Source: an uncultured Chloroflexia bacterium (GTDB taxonomy: Bacteria; Chloroflexota; Limnocylindria; QHBO01). From it: a DNA stretch of 64,000 bases. The DNA lies in contig CAWHAZ010000005.1 of NCBI GenBank assembly GCA_963827475.1, positions 800,001 to 864,000 of the forward strand, given 5' to 3'. The notes beneath the pieces were generated by a model. The model made no database searches. It saw only the letters and a list, made by a program, of their open reading frames with translations, and was not told the DNA's origin. The position numbers were made by a program, and so were the translations under genes. How positions within the stretch are numbered: the first letter of the stretch is position 1; each line of letters begins with the position of its first letter. Shown in pieces: positions 1-8,721 of the stretch.

Positions 1-514
1 TCGCGTCGGCCAGCAGGGGCTCGCCCTGTACCGGGCCGCCGGGGCGCCGTTCGAGTCCGCAACCATCGAGAACGACCTCGCCCTCGCCTATCTGGCCATG
101 GGCAACCTCGAGCGCGCGACGGAGATGGCGTCGGGCGCCCACGAGCAATTCGAAACGGCCGGGGACGATCGGTTCCTGGCTGCCGTCCTGGACACGGAAG
201 CCCAGATCGCGCTTGCCGGGGGGAAGCACGATCGGGCATTGGCCCTGGCGGCCCGCTCGCACCAGCTGGCCCGGGACACCGGCAACCGGCTGGTGGAGAT
301 GCTGGCCCTGGTCACCGCGGCGCGGATCTCGCGGGCTCGCGGCGACCGTGCCGGTGCCGAGGCGCGCTACGCCGCAGCCGCGGAGTTGGCGCGGGCCGGC
401 TCGGGCCAGGGACGCCTGCGCGAGCTGCTGGGAGAGTGGGCCGAGCTGCGGGCCGAGGGCGGCGACTTCCAGGGAGCGTACGAGTTAACTTCAGAGGCCG
501 TCGCGGTCAATTAG
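1..514 (+). CDS. TPR-repeat protein, C-terminal part (5' truncated); probably an HTH/TPR regulator
   Basis: Frame is open from position 2 (RVGQQGLALYRAAG...ENDLALAYLAMGNLERA) to TAG 512-514, with helical TPR-like repeats. The N-terminus lies outside the window, so the regulator call is inference. Confidence 0.7.
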   Translation, partial: RVGQQGLALYRAAGAPFESATIENDLALAYLAMGNLERATEMASGAHEQFETAGDDRFLAAVLDTEAQIALAGGKHDRALALAARSHQLARDTGNRLVEMLALVTAARISRARGDRAGAEARYAAAAELARAGSGQGRLRELLGEWAELRAEGGDFQGAYELTSEAVAVN

Positions 515-517
515 GTA

Positions 518-547
518 TTGACAGGGCCAGTCCGGTCGGGTTAGGTT
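518..547 (+). promoter_or_regulatory. sigma70-type promoter TTGACA-18 nt-TAGGTT, overlapped by palindrome GTCAAT-N5-ATTGAC (506-522)
   Basis: Perfect -35 at 518-523 and TAnnnT at 542-547 in a very GC-rich background. The 18-nt spacing matches the infC promoter. Confidence 0.65.
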
Positions 548-553
548 TCGTCT

Positions 554-655
554 CGGAACGAACCGGTGTGGGCACCCGCCACACGGCGGACCGGTTCGCA
601 TACTCGGGGGACGAGGGATCGGGGAATGGGCACAGCTCCCCGGTCCCTTTGTTGT
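554..655 (+). ncRNA. putative ~100-nt small RNA with two hairpins, family not recognised
   Basis: Stem CGAACCGGT 559-567/ACCGGTTCG 590-598 plus CCGCC/GGCGG 576-589. Second 12-bp stem 614-648. TGGGCAC unpaired at 569-575 and 627-633. No credible ORF. Confidence 0.5.
614..655 (+). terminator. intrinsic terminator
   Basis: AGGGATCGGGGA / TCCCCGGTCCCT stem with one G-U pair, followed by TTGTTGT. Confidence 0.7.
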
Positions 656-659
656 GCGC

Positions 660-1244
660 CTACTGCGGCACCTGGGGAACGACCGGATCGACGAGCTCGA
701 ACCCGCCCTGGGCGTACACCGCGCCCTCCGGCTGCAGGTAGATCTTCATCGTGAACCGCCCGTACCCGAAGCCGGCGATCATGTTCGCCGCGGTGGTCTC
801 GTAGCCGAAGCTGACCGGCTCGGGCAGCAGCCGCTGGGGGCTCGGGGCCTGGAGGACGATCTCCTGGCCGGCCTCGAATCGCGTCACCGCGACGTAGACC
901 TCCGGCACGCCCGGATGGACGGGCGGATTGACCGAGTAGGCGAACGGATCGTCGTGGGTGAAGGCCGTAGCAGCCTGGGTCACGAGGTACGTGTCGGGAT
1001 CGATCGCGAGCCCAAAGGTGATCGGCAGCGGCCCGGCGGCCGGAGTCGGGCTCGGCTGCGCCGGGAGATCCGAGACGACCGATGCCAGTCCGACCAGGAT
1101 GAGCACCAGGCCGACCCCCAGCACCAGCGTCGTGCCGCGGCCCGGTCGTCGGATGTCGGGCCGACCGATGGGAGCACGCGGCCGGGCCCGCGGACGGGAC
1201 CCGACCGTCTGCGGCACGGCCTGGGTGCGCCGTCGGCGGCTCAT
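660..1244 (-). CDS. hypothetical single-pass membrane protein
   Basis: Arg-rich N-terminus, hydrophobic segment TLVLGVGLVLILVGLASVV and an extracellular beta-rich domain. TAGAGT lies 8 nt upstream of the ATG. Confidence 0.7.
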   Translation of the reverse strand: MSRRRRTQAVPQTVGSRPRARPRAPIGRPDIRRPGRGTTLVLGVGLVLILVGLASVVSDLPAQPSPTPAAGPLPITFGLAIDPDTYLVTQAATAFTHDDPFAYSVNPPVHPGVPEVYVAVTRFEAGQEIVLQAPSPQRLLPEPVSFGYETTAANMIAGFGYGRFTMKIYLQPEGAVYAQGGFELVDPVVPQVPQ

Positions 1245-1284
1245 CGGCCGACACTCTACGCGGACTCGCCGCTAGCATCGCGTC

Positions 1285-1891
1285 GTGGCCGATCCGCCCG
1301 CCGTCAACCCCGACGTCACGCCCGCTGAGCCCACCGGGGACCCGCCGATCCACGTCGACTGGGTCGACCCGTCGCTCCTGGGGGACGGTCGCCCCGGCCG
1401 ACTCGGGACTGACCATCCTGCCCGGCAAGCGGGGCAAATCGGTCAGGTATCCCGGCCTCGTGTATCGGCGCGATGCCCGGACCGATCTCGATCGGCTCCG
1501 GGGGCTGGGCGCCGGATTGCTGGTGCTCCTGGTCGAGGACGGTGAGCTCCGCCGCTGGGGGGACCCGGACCTGGTCGACCATGCCGCCGCCGCCGGCGTC
1601 CGCGTCCGTCGGATGCCGATCCGCGACGGCGCCGCCCCGCGATCGGCCGCGGCGGTCGATACCCTGCTCGCCGAGATCGACGAGGCGCGAGCCGAGACCG
1701 ACGTCGTCGTCGCCTGCATGGGCGGCATCGGTCGATCGGGAACGATCGTGGCCTGTGCCCTGGTGGCAGCGGGCCAGTCCCCCGATGGGGCTATTGCCCA
1801 CCTGCGGGCCGTTCGACACCCTACCGCGGTCGAAACGCAGCGACAGGTCGATTTCGTGGCGGCCTATGCTGCGCATCGGGAGGACACATGA
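1285..1891 (+). CDS. CX5R protein-tyrosine/dual-specificity phosphatase (CDKN3-like), frameshifted near 1405
   Basis: P-loop ACMGGIGRSG, PIRDG acid loop and ETQRQ Q-loop. The N-terminus (IHVDWV...GRLG) joins LTILPGKRG... if one G is removed from GGG at 1405-1407. Confidence 0.8.
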
Positions 1892-2829
1892 GCGAGCGCT
1901 GGATCTGTTCACGGTGCTTCACCTCGGCGGAGGAGGACCTTCGCTCCTGCCCGAACTGCGGAACCCCGCGCGGCATGTCGAAGACGTTCACCGTCAACGA
2001 CGGCCCCCCGTCTGCCTCGCAGCGACCACCGGCGCCTCCGTCTGGCGCACCCGGCGCGGCACCGGCCGCGGAGACGCCCGCTGGTCCCACGCCCGCGGCC
2101 CCCACGCCCGCAGCTCCCACGCCTCCGGCGGCTCCAACCTTCGCTGCGACCTCTGCCGCCGCGACCGGACTGTCCGGCGACCAGCGGTGGGTCTGCACCC
2201 GGTGTTTCGCCTCCAACGACGGGGCGGCGCGCGCCTGCGCGACCTGCGGTCTGGAGCGCGGCGCCGACCCCCCGCCTGACGCACCGGGCCAGTTCGCGGC
2301 GGCAACCACGCCGGCCGCGGCGGGGAGCGGGGGCCGCCAGTTCCCGTGGCGGATGATTCTCTACGGCGTCATCGGGCTGGTGGTGGTCGGCAGCACCTTG
2401 TTCTTCGCGGCCCGACGGGGGGACACCGGTGAGATCACCGATGCCGGCAACCTGAGCGTTCAGGACCTTCAGGTCGGCGACTGCTTCGACCTCACCAGCG
2501 GCGACACGACCGACGGCGGCGAGGTGAGCGACGTCCGCGCCATCCCGTGCGCCGAGCCCCACGTGTACGAGATCTACGTCGTCGCGGAGTATCCATCCGG
2601 CGAGCTTCCGTCCGACATCGACGAGGACTACACCGCCTGGGAGCAGGACCAGTGCGTCGGGGGGTTCGACACGTACGTCGGGCTCAGCTACGAGGAGTCG
2701 ACCTGTTGGTTCAGCACCCTGACGCCGACCGACGAGTCGTGGGATCAGGGCGACCACGCCATCTCGTGCTTCCTGCACAACTCGTCCGAGACGCCGGTCA
2801 CCGGGTCCGCGGAGGGCACCGCCCAGTAG
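1888..2829 (+). CDS. membrane protein with two RanBP2-type zinc fingers, one TM helix and a septum-formation-like domain
   Basis: WICSRC..CPNC and WVCTRCFASN-x6-CATC fingers, a Pro/Ala linker, a TM helix, then LQVGDCFD..IPCAEPHVYE..SW..GDHAISC. ATGA overlap with the phosphatase. Confidence 0.75.
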   Translation: MSERWICSRCFTSAEEDLRSCPNCGTPRGMSKTFTVNDGPPSASQRPPAPPSGAPGAAPAAETPAGPTPAAPTPAAPTPPAAPTFAATSAAATGLSGDQRWVCTRCFASNDGAARACATCGLERGADPPPDAPGQFAAATTPAAAGSGGRQFPWRMILYGVIGLVVVGSTLFFAARRGDTGEITDAGNLSVQDLQVGDCFDLTSGDTTDGGEVSDVRAIPCAEPHVYEIYVVAEYPSGELPSDIDEDYTAWEQDQCVGGFDTYVGLSYEESTCWFSTLTPTDESWDQGDHAISCFLHNSSETPVTGSAEGTAQ

Positions 2830-2830
2830 G

Positions 2831-5800
2831 TCAGTCCCGCGCCATCTCCGCGAAGCGGGCGAGGGCATTCGCCAGCCGCATCTCCTCCGGGGAGCGGACG
2901 CGGACGCGCAGGAGGTCCGGCGAGGCCACGACCACGGCAACGCATCGCGCCCGCGATGTGGCCACGTTCAGGCGGTGGCGGCTGTAGAGGAACGACATGC
3001 CTCGCGGAGCGTCCTCCGCCGAGGACGACGCCATGCTGTAGATCGAGATCGGCGCCTCCTGGCCCTGGAACTTGTCAACGGTGCCGACTCTCGCCTCGTC
3101 CGGCAGGAGCTTCTTGATCTCGCCGACCTGCGCGTTGTACGCCGCGACGATCACGATGTCGCTCCACCCAATCCGCTGTTCCACTCCCGCATCGTCGATC
3201 CAGGTCGCTCCGCCATCCACCAGGGAGCGCGTCAGGTCGGCGACGATGGCCGCCTCTTCCGGGGATTCGTTGTCGTTCCCGGCATGATCGACCGCCACCA
3301 TGCGTGGACCGGTCCCGGTGAGCGGGGCATGGCCGTGGAGTGTTTGGACCCGGAGTTTGGGCTCCGGTTCGAGCCGACTCTCGTAGAACACCTCGGAGGT
3401 GTAGTCGCACAGGTCGGGATGCAGACGCCAGGTCCGTTCGAGGAACAGGCCGCGGTCGTCGGCGATGGTCGCGGCCTCGCCGAGGAGATGGGCGAGCGCT
3501 GAGCGGTCCGCTCCCGGCGGGTGCGAGCCCTGGAGTGGCTGGTCGAGCTGCTGGGGATCCCCGAGCAGGACCAGTGACTCGGCCGATGGCGCCGCGGCCA
3601 GCACGTTGGCCAGTGACATCTGTCCCGCCTCGTCCACGAACAGGACGTCGATGGATCCGATCATGTCCTCGCGGGCCCAGAGCCACGTCGTCCCGGCCGC
3701 GATGTCCGCCGCCCCGGAGGCCAGCGCCTGCCGCACGTCCTCGTTCGTCTTCGCCGACTGCGCGGCTGGATGGACGAACCCGGGATCGTTCTTGCCCGGC
3801 TTCTGGATGATGCGGACGGGCATGTTCTCCTCGTCCGCGGCCTCCGCCAGCTTCTCCAGAAAGTTGCTGATGACCTTGTGGCTGTTGGCGGTCACGCCGA
3901 TCCGCTTCCGCGCACGGATGAGGTCCAGTGCCATCCGCGCGCCGCTGTAGGTCTTGCCCGAGCCCGGTGGGCCCTGCACGGCGAGGGTGGAGCGGTCGAG
4001 ACTCATCACCAGCCGCCTGGCGGCATCGAGGTCCACCTCGTCTGGCATCCGCAGCGGGGCGCCGGGCACCAGGTCGACGCGTGGCGGCCGTGCGAGGAGG
4101 AGATCGACCGCGGCCCGACGGGGGCTGTCCTCGGCGAGGCCGTGCTCCGCCACCGATTCGCCCAGTCGAAGCAGCGAGTCCTCCTGCGCATCGGTCCGGT
4201 AGTCCTCGTACGGGATGAGGGCGGTCGGGTGGGGAGCTGCGTTCCGCCTCGTCCGCCGCAGGTCAATGGTGTGCCCCACCTCGTCCAGGGCCACGATGTC
4301 GCCGGGATCCTTGAAGGCATCCTTGATGCCCCAGGTGTTGGGGTCGATGACGGTGGATCCGACTTTCAGGTCGTACTCCTGTGTCGGGAATCGGTAGCGG
4401 TGGACGAGCGCCTTGTCGGTCTCCTCGACAACGCCGACGTACTCGAGCCCGGACAGCGGCTCGCTGGCGTCGACGCGCTCTTCATCGGTCAGCTCGTCCT
4501 TCAGATGGAAGAAGAGCCACCACCAGCTCTTCTTCTCGCGACGGTGCCATGACAGGAGCTGAGCCAGCAGCCAACGGGCCTGCTGCTCTGCCGTGCGCCC
4601 TTCCTCCGGAACGTCAGTGGTGAGGCGATTGGCCACGGCGGCGACCACCATCTGTCGATCGTTCAGACCGGGGCTGGGCTCGGCATCGCGAGGTCCGGGG
4701 CGCGGTACGGTCTGGCCCGTCTCCTGGGCCAGCTGCTCGCGCCGTGCCTCGAGCCAATCGCGCAGCCGCTGGGTGCTGACCACGTCGTCGCGGTTGTAGC
4801 CCTCGATCCGTGCGAGGTGATCGGCGCCGGGCCGGTCACCTTCGCCGAGCTCGAGCCACTCCTCGAACGCAACGATGCTCGATCCAGCGTCGCGCAGGTC
4901 CACGGTGCGAGTGAAGTCGTACAGCGGCTCCAGCTTCTTGATGCCGTAGCCCTCGACGGACGCCCGGATGCCCTGTCGAACGACACGGTAGAGGTCGACC
5001 AGCGCGCCACCGCGCAGGAGGCGGTCGACTTCGTTCTCCTTGGTCGCGTGGCGACCCATGAGTCGTTTCAGGGCCGTCGGCTCGTACGGGGCGAAGTGAT
5101 AGATGTGGGCATCCGGATGGGTCCACAGCCGCGCCATGAACAGGTCGACCACTGCCTCGAAGGCGCGTTTCTCGCCATCGAGCGTGAACTCGCCGCCGGC
5201 ATCGCGCGACCAGATCGGATGCCACGCGCCATCTATGTCCATCACCCCGAACAGGTAGTCGAGGCCGTCGAGGTCGGCGTACGGGTCGCCCTCCATGTCG
5301 AAGAAGAGATCGCCTGATGACGGGGGCGGCAGGCCGGCCAGGCCGACACCCGGCTCGAGGGGTTGTGCGGGATCGGTCACGAGCTCGTAGATCATCTCCC
5401 CGCGTTGCCGCCCGTCGAACTGGACGCGCGCCTGATCACGGACTCGCTCGATGGCGCCGCGGCTGGGCCCGGTCAACGGGGGAGCCATCGGAAGTTCGAG
5501 CACCGCCAGCTCGGCCAGGGTCGTCACCGCGCGGCCTTCGAGCGCCTGACGCTGCCGTCGGCTGATGCCGGCAACCAGGCTGAGATGGTCGTCGTCTCGC
5601 CGCCGCCGGTTGCAAACCAGCCGCCAGCGGCAGACCTCGCAGTGGTCGACCGGCTCGGGGTAGGTTCCCGCCGGCGGGTACGTCGCCGCCTGGGCGGCCG
5701 GACCCACGGCGGCATCGAACCGCGACCGGGCGAGGCGGTAGTAGGCCATGTAATCCGCCACCCGCAGCGTGCGCAGCCCGCCTGCGGATCCGCCGAGGAC

Positions 5801-6334
5801 GACGTGGAGATGGACTGGCTCGACGCCCTGGATATCGGTCAGGAGGTCGATGTAGGTGCAGATCTGGAGCACCGCGCCGGCCTTCACATGGCGGGCCAGC
5901 TTGGTGTCGGCAACCTCGTAATGAAACGGGCCCCAGCGGCTCGGCCGCTCCAGCGCCTCGGCCCGCAACAGGAAGTCCGCGTGTCCTCGCCAGGTGCCGT
6001 CGAAGAACGTCGCCTGGTAGATGACGTCGGTCCCTGCCGCCATCGCCCGCTCGGTCTCGGCGGCCGCGGCACTGAGCCGGTCCCCCTGGTCCTCGATTGA
6101 CCCGTCGAGCGCGATCTTGACCACTGAGCGCCCTTCCGCCTCCAGGGTCTGGAGATAGCGCTCCTCGTGCTGTTCGCCGCGTCGGCGCAAGACGTCAAGC
6201 TCCGGATCGTCGAGGTGAGGCCGCTCGACGAGCCCAGCCAAGGCCGCCCGCTCGAGCTCGGTCAGGTGCTCGCACGCGAGGTAGCCCACCAGGTCGGTGG
6301 CAGAGTAGACGGGGCGGCCGTCGATCAGCTGCAC
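2831..6334 (-). CDS. TM0106-family RecB-like nuclease fused to an RNase H-like domain and an SF1 (DNA2/NAM7-like) helicase
   Basis: SATDL..C, ADFL..YEVADTKLA (PD-D/ExK), CEVCRW..C, FFDMEGDP, YNRDD, QGPPGSGKT, VDEAGQ, LGDPQQL, TVDKFQGQE, RLNVATSRA. Confidence 0.9.
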   Translation of the reverse strand: MQLIDGRPVYSATDLVGYLACEHLTELERAALAGLVERPHLDDPELDVLRRRGEQHEERYLQTLEAEGRSVVKIALDGSIEDQGDRLSAAAAETERAMAAGTDVIYQATFFDGTWRGHADFLLRAEALERPSRWGPFHYEVADTKLARHVKAGAVLQICTYIDLLTDIQGVEPVHLHVVLGGSAGGLRTLRVADYMAYYRLARSRFDAAVGPAAQAATYPPAGTYPEPVDHCEVCRWRLVCNRRRRDDDHLSLVAGISRRQRQALEGRAVTTLAELAVLELPMAPPLTGPSRGAIERVRDQARVQFDGRQRGEMIYELVTDPAQPLEPGVGLAGLPPPSSGDLFFDMEGDPYADLDGLDYLFGVMDIDGAWHPIWSRDAGGEFTLDGEKRAFEAVVDLFMARLWTHPDAHIYHFAPYEPTALKRLMGRHATKENEVDRLLRGGALVDLYRVVRQGIRASVEGYGIKKLEPLYDFTRTVDLRDAGSSIVAFEEWLELGEGDRPGADHLARIEGYNRDDVVSTQRLRDWLEARREQLAQETGQTVPRPGPRDAEPSPGLNDRQMVVAAVANRLTTDVPEEGRTAEQQARWLLAQLLSWHRREKKSWWWLFFHLKDELTDEERVDASEPLSGLEYVGVVEETDKALVHRYRFPTQEYDLKVGSTVIDPNTWGIKDAFKDPGDIVALDEVGHTIDLRRTRRNAAPHPTALIPYEDYRTDAQEDSLLRLGESVAEHGLAEDSPRRAAVDLLLARPPRVDLVPGAPLRMPDEVDLDAARRLVMSLDRSTLAVQGPPGSGKTYSGARMALDLIRARKRIGVTANSHKVISNFLEKLAEAADEENMPVRIIQKPGKNDPGFVHPAAQSAKTNEDVRQALASGAADIAAGTTWLWAREDMIGSIDVLFVDEAGQMSLANVLAAAPSAESLVLLGDPQQLDQPLQGSHPPGADRSALAHLLGEAATIADDRGLFLERTWRLHPDLCDYTSEVFYESRLEPEPKLRVQTLHGHAPLTGTGPRMVAVDHAGNDNESPEEAAIVADLTRSLVDGGATWIDDAGVEQRIGWSDIVIVAAYNAQVGEIKKLLPDEARVGTVDKFQGQEAPISIYSMASSSAEDAPRGMSFLYSRHRLNVATSRARCVAVVVASPDLLRVRVRSPEEMRLANALARFAEMARD

Positions 6335-6528
6335 GGTCGCATTGTGCGTGACGGACGCGACAGCTCAGCGGTCGCAACCATCCCGACCGAACGCTCGCCG
6401 AAAGTCCCGGCCGCGTACTGCACCAGACCCCACTCCCCGGAAAAACGCGCCATGTCGACGGGACCTGCATGCCCCAGAGGTACTAGTTCGTCATGGCGCG
6501 CCGCGACCGGCCACCGGACACTTCCGCC

Positions 6529-7383
6529 ATGACATCAAAGACCTTCCGACCCGCCAGCGTGGTCGTCGCCCTCTTCGCCATCCTCGTGCTGGCTTCGCCC
6601 GTCCTGGCGGCCAAGGACAACGGATCCGGCGCCAATGGCAACGGGAATGGCAATGGGAACGGCAATGGCAACCAGGGGACGGTCAAGGTCGTCGATGCCG
6701 AGTCCGGCCAGGGGTCGGACAGCGACAACGACCCACACGTCTGCGCGTTCTACCTCGTCTTCGACGCGCCGGCCGACGAGAGCGGGACGTGGTCGGTCGT
6801 TGACTGGCCGCCAACCGGCAACGGGACCCTCGTCGTCTCGGGGAGCTACGCCGTGCCTGTCGCAGGGTCACACACGACCCAGACCTTCGAGATCACAGCC
6901 GGCCATTACCGCGTGAACTGGCAGGCGGTCAGCGAGCAGAACGAGAAGCACAAGACCTTCTGGGTGGACGACTGCACGTCGGAGGAGCCAGGCGACGAGC
7001 CGACCGATGAGCCGACCGACGAGCCGACCGATGAGCCGACCGACGAGCCGACCGATGAGCCCACCGACGAGCCGACCGATGAGCCCACGGACGAGCCGAC
7101 CGATGAGCCGACCGATGAGCCGGAGGGCGACGTTGATGAGTCAGTGGACGAAACGCAGCCTCCCACTGACGAACCCGATCCCAACGACGTTCAGCAGCCG
7201 GACGAGCCGACCCAACCCGAAACCGACCTGGAGCCGGCCAACGGCGGGAGCCCCGTCGTCGAGGAGCTGCCAGATTCCGCGATGACGCCGCCGGTGCTGC
7301 CGGGCGCCGCGGCCGCCTTCGCCATCATGCTGCTGCTGTTCGCGCACCGCGCCCTGTGGGACCGCGGTCGCTTCCGTCGGTGA
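6529..7383 (+). CDS. secreted acidic repeat protein with a sortase-like C-terminus
   Basis: Signal peptide (..ASPVLA), GN repeats, (DEPT)10, then LPDSA, a hydrophobic helix and an RGRFRR tail. Start placed at ATG 6529. Confidence 0.7.
   Translation: MTSKTFRPASVVVALFAILVLASPVLAAKDNGSGANGNGNGNGNGNGNQGTVKVVDAESGQGSDSDNDPHVCAFYLVFDAPADESGTWSVVDWPPTGNGTLVVSGSYAVPVAGSHTTQTFEITAGHYRVNWQAVSEQNEKHKTFWVDDCTSEEPGDEPTDEPTDEPTDEPTDEPTDEPTDEPTDEPTDEPTDEPTDEPEGDVDESVDETQPPTDEPDPNDVQQPDEPTQPETDLEPANGGSPVVEELPDSAMTPPVLPGAAAAFAIMLLLFAHRALWDRGRFRR
6994..7125 (+). repeat. 12-nt coding tandem repeat GA(C/T)GAGCC(G/C)AC(C/G), 10 full copies plus 1 variant
   Basis: Directly visible and encodes (DEPT)n. GAC/GAT alternation gives a 24-nt higher-order period. 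Confidence 0.95.
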
Positions 7384-7395
7384 GGCTGCCGGCGA

Positions 7396-7974
7396 TCAGT
7401 CGGCGCGGGTAAAGCTCGCGAGCCATGCGGCGGCCCCGTCCGGGCCGAGCAGGGTATCGAACCGAATGGATCGAATGTCGTCGACCGTCCATCCATCGGC
7501 AAAGGTCTCCCGCAGCTCTGCCTGGGTTACTCGCCGCGGACCCCAGCCGGGCGGCTCCGCCTCGGAGAAGCACATGACGTGGAGCCGGCTGCCGGGCTTA
7601 CCGAGGGCGCGCGCGCTGTCCGCGTAGCGGAGCCGATCTCCGTCGTTCAAGGTATGAAAGCAGCCCGAGTCGATGAGCGTGTCGAACGTCCTCCCGACGG
7701 CCTCGGGCTCAAGCGCATCGGCGGCGAGGAAGACCACGGGCAGGCGCCGGGCGTGGGACTTCATCATCGCCCGCTCGATCGCCACGGCCGAGATGTCGAT
7801 GCCCCAGACCTCGTGTCCGCGCTCAGCCAGATGGAGCGCGTTCTCACCGGTTCCACAGCCGACGTCGAGCACGCTGCCGACGATGGCGCCGGCGGTCTCC
7901 AACTCGACCACCTCTCGCTGGGGTCGACCGATCTCCCATGGTGGTTGCCCGCGGTACGCGTCGTCCCACGTCAC
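7396..7974 (-). CDS. class I SAM-dependent methyltransferase
   Basis: VLDVGCGTG, GIDIS, FDTLIDSGCFH motifs. Confidence 0.9.
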   Translation of the reverse strand: MTWDDAYRGQPPWEIGRPQREVVELETAGAIVGSVLDVGCGTGENALHLAERGHEVWGIDISAVAIERAMMKSHARRLPVVFLAADALEPEAVGRTFDTLIDSGCFHTLNDGDRLRYADSARALGKPGSRLHVMCFSEAEPPGWGPRRVTQAELRETFADGWTVDDIRSIRFDTLLGPDGAAAWLASFTRAD

Positions 7975-8067
7975 GAGCCCAGTCTAGGTCGCGTGGCCGG
8001 GCGACTGCGACGCGGCGACGGACATGCCATTCTTAGGAGGCCCACGAGCGCACAGGAGATTGACCGC

Positions 8068-8721
8068 ATGGACCTCATCGATCGTATCGACGCCCTCATC
8101 AAGGATCGCCACCTGCTGACCCACCCGTTCTACGTTCGCTGGCGGGACGGCACGCTGCCGGTCGAGGCCATCCAGGAGTACACACGCCAGTACTACGCGT
8201 TCGAATCGGCCTTCCCGCGGCTCCTGTCGGCAATCCATACCCGAACCGATGACCCGGTCGTCCGCCAGTCCATCCTCACCAATCTCTGGGACGAGGAGCA
8301 CGGCGAAGTCAATCACGCCGAGCTGTGGCTCCGCTTCGCGGAAGGCATGGGTGTTGCTCGTGACGAGGTCACCGATACAGAGCCGAACGACGGGACAAAG
8401 GCCCTGATGGCGGCTTATTGGGGCATGGCGACCGATGGGGCTCCGGCGGCTGGGATCGCGGCGATGTACGCCTACGAGGCCCAGGTGCCGGACGTGGCGA
8501 CCGAGAAGATCAACGGCCTCCGCGACCGATACGGCATCGAGGACGCCCGAACCCTTGCGTTCTTCACCGTCCACTCCACGCTCGACCTCGAACATTCGGC
8601 GCATGAGCGCGAGGCCATCGCGCGCACGACCGTCGACGAGGCGGATGCCGATGCGGCCCTGGACGCGACCTCTCGAGCGCTTGACGCCTGGTGGGGCTTC
8701 CTCGACGCGGTGAACGTCTGA
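8068..8721 (+). CDS. CADD-family (PqqC/TenA fold) dimetal oxidase, putative pABA synthase
   Basis: HPFY..W..G, DEEHG..NH, YAYE..P..A.EK..GL, FF.VH...D..H. SD AGGAG precedes ATG 8068. Confidence 0.85.
   Translation: MDLIDRIDALIKDRHLLTHPFYVRWRDGTLPVEAIQEYTRQYYAFESAFPRLLSAIHTRTDDPVVRQSILTNLWDEEHGEVNHAELWLRFAEGMGVARDEVTDTEPNDGTKALMAAYWGMATDGAPAAGIAAMYAYEAQVPDVATEKINGLRDRYGIEDARTLAFFTVHSTLDLEHSAHEREAIARTTVDEADADAALDATSRALDAWWGFLDAVNV

Noticed and set aside
554-655. Identity of the small RNA as SRP RNA, tRNA or 6S
   Set aside because: No SRP helix-8 CAGG/GGAA/AGCA motif, no cloverleaf, and too short for 6S.
566-754. 62-aa ORF as a signalling peptide for the TPR protein
   Set aside because: No SD or signal peptide, and it runs through the terminator into the convergent gene.
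6994-7125. Tandem repeat as a CRISPR array
   Set aside because: Contiguous 12-mers with no spacers, in frame within a CDS, and no cas genes. The TM0106 Cas4-like domain is part of a helicase fusion.
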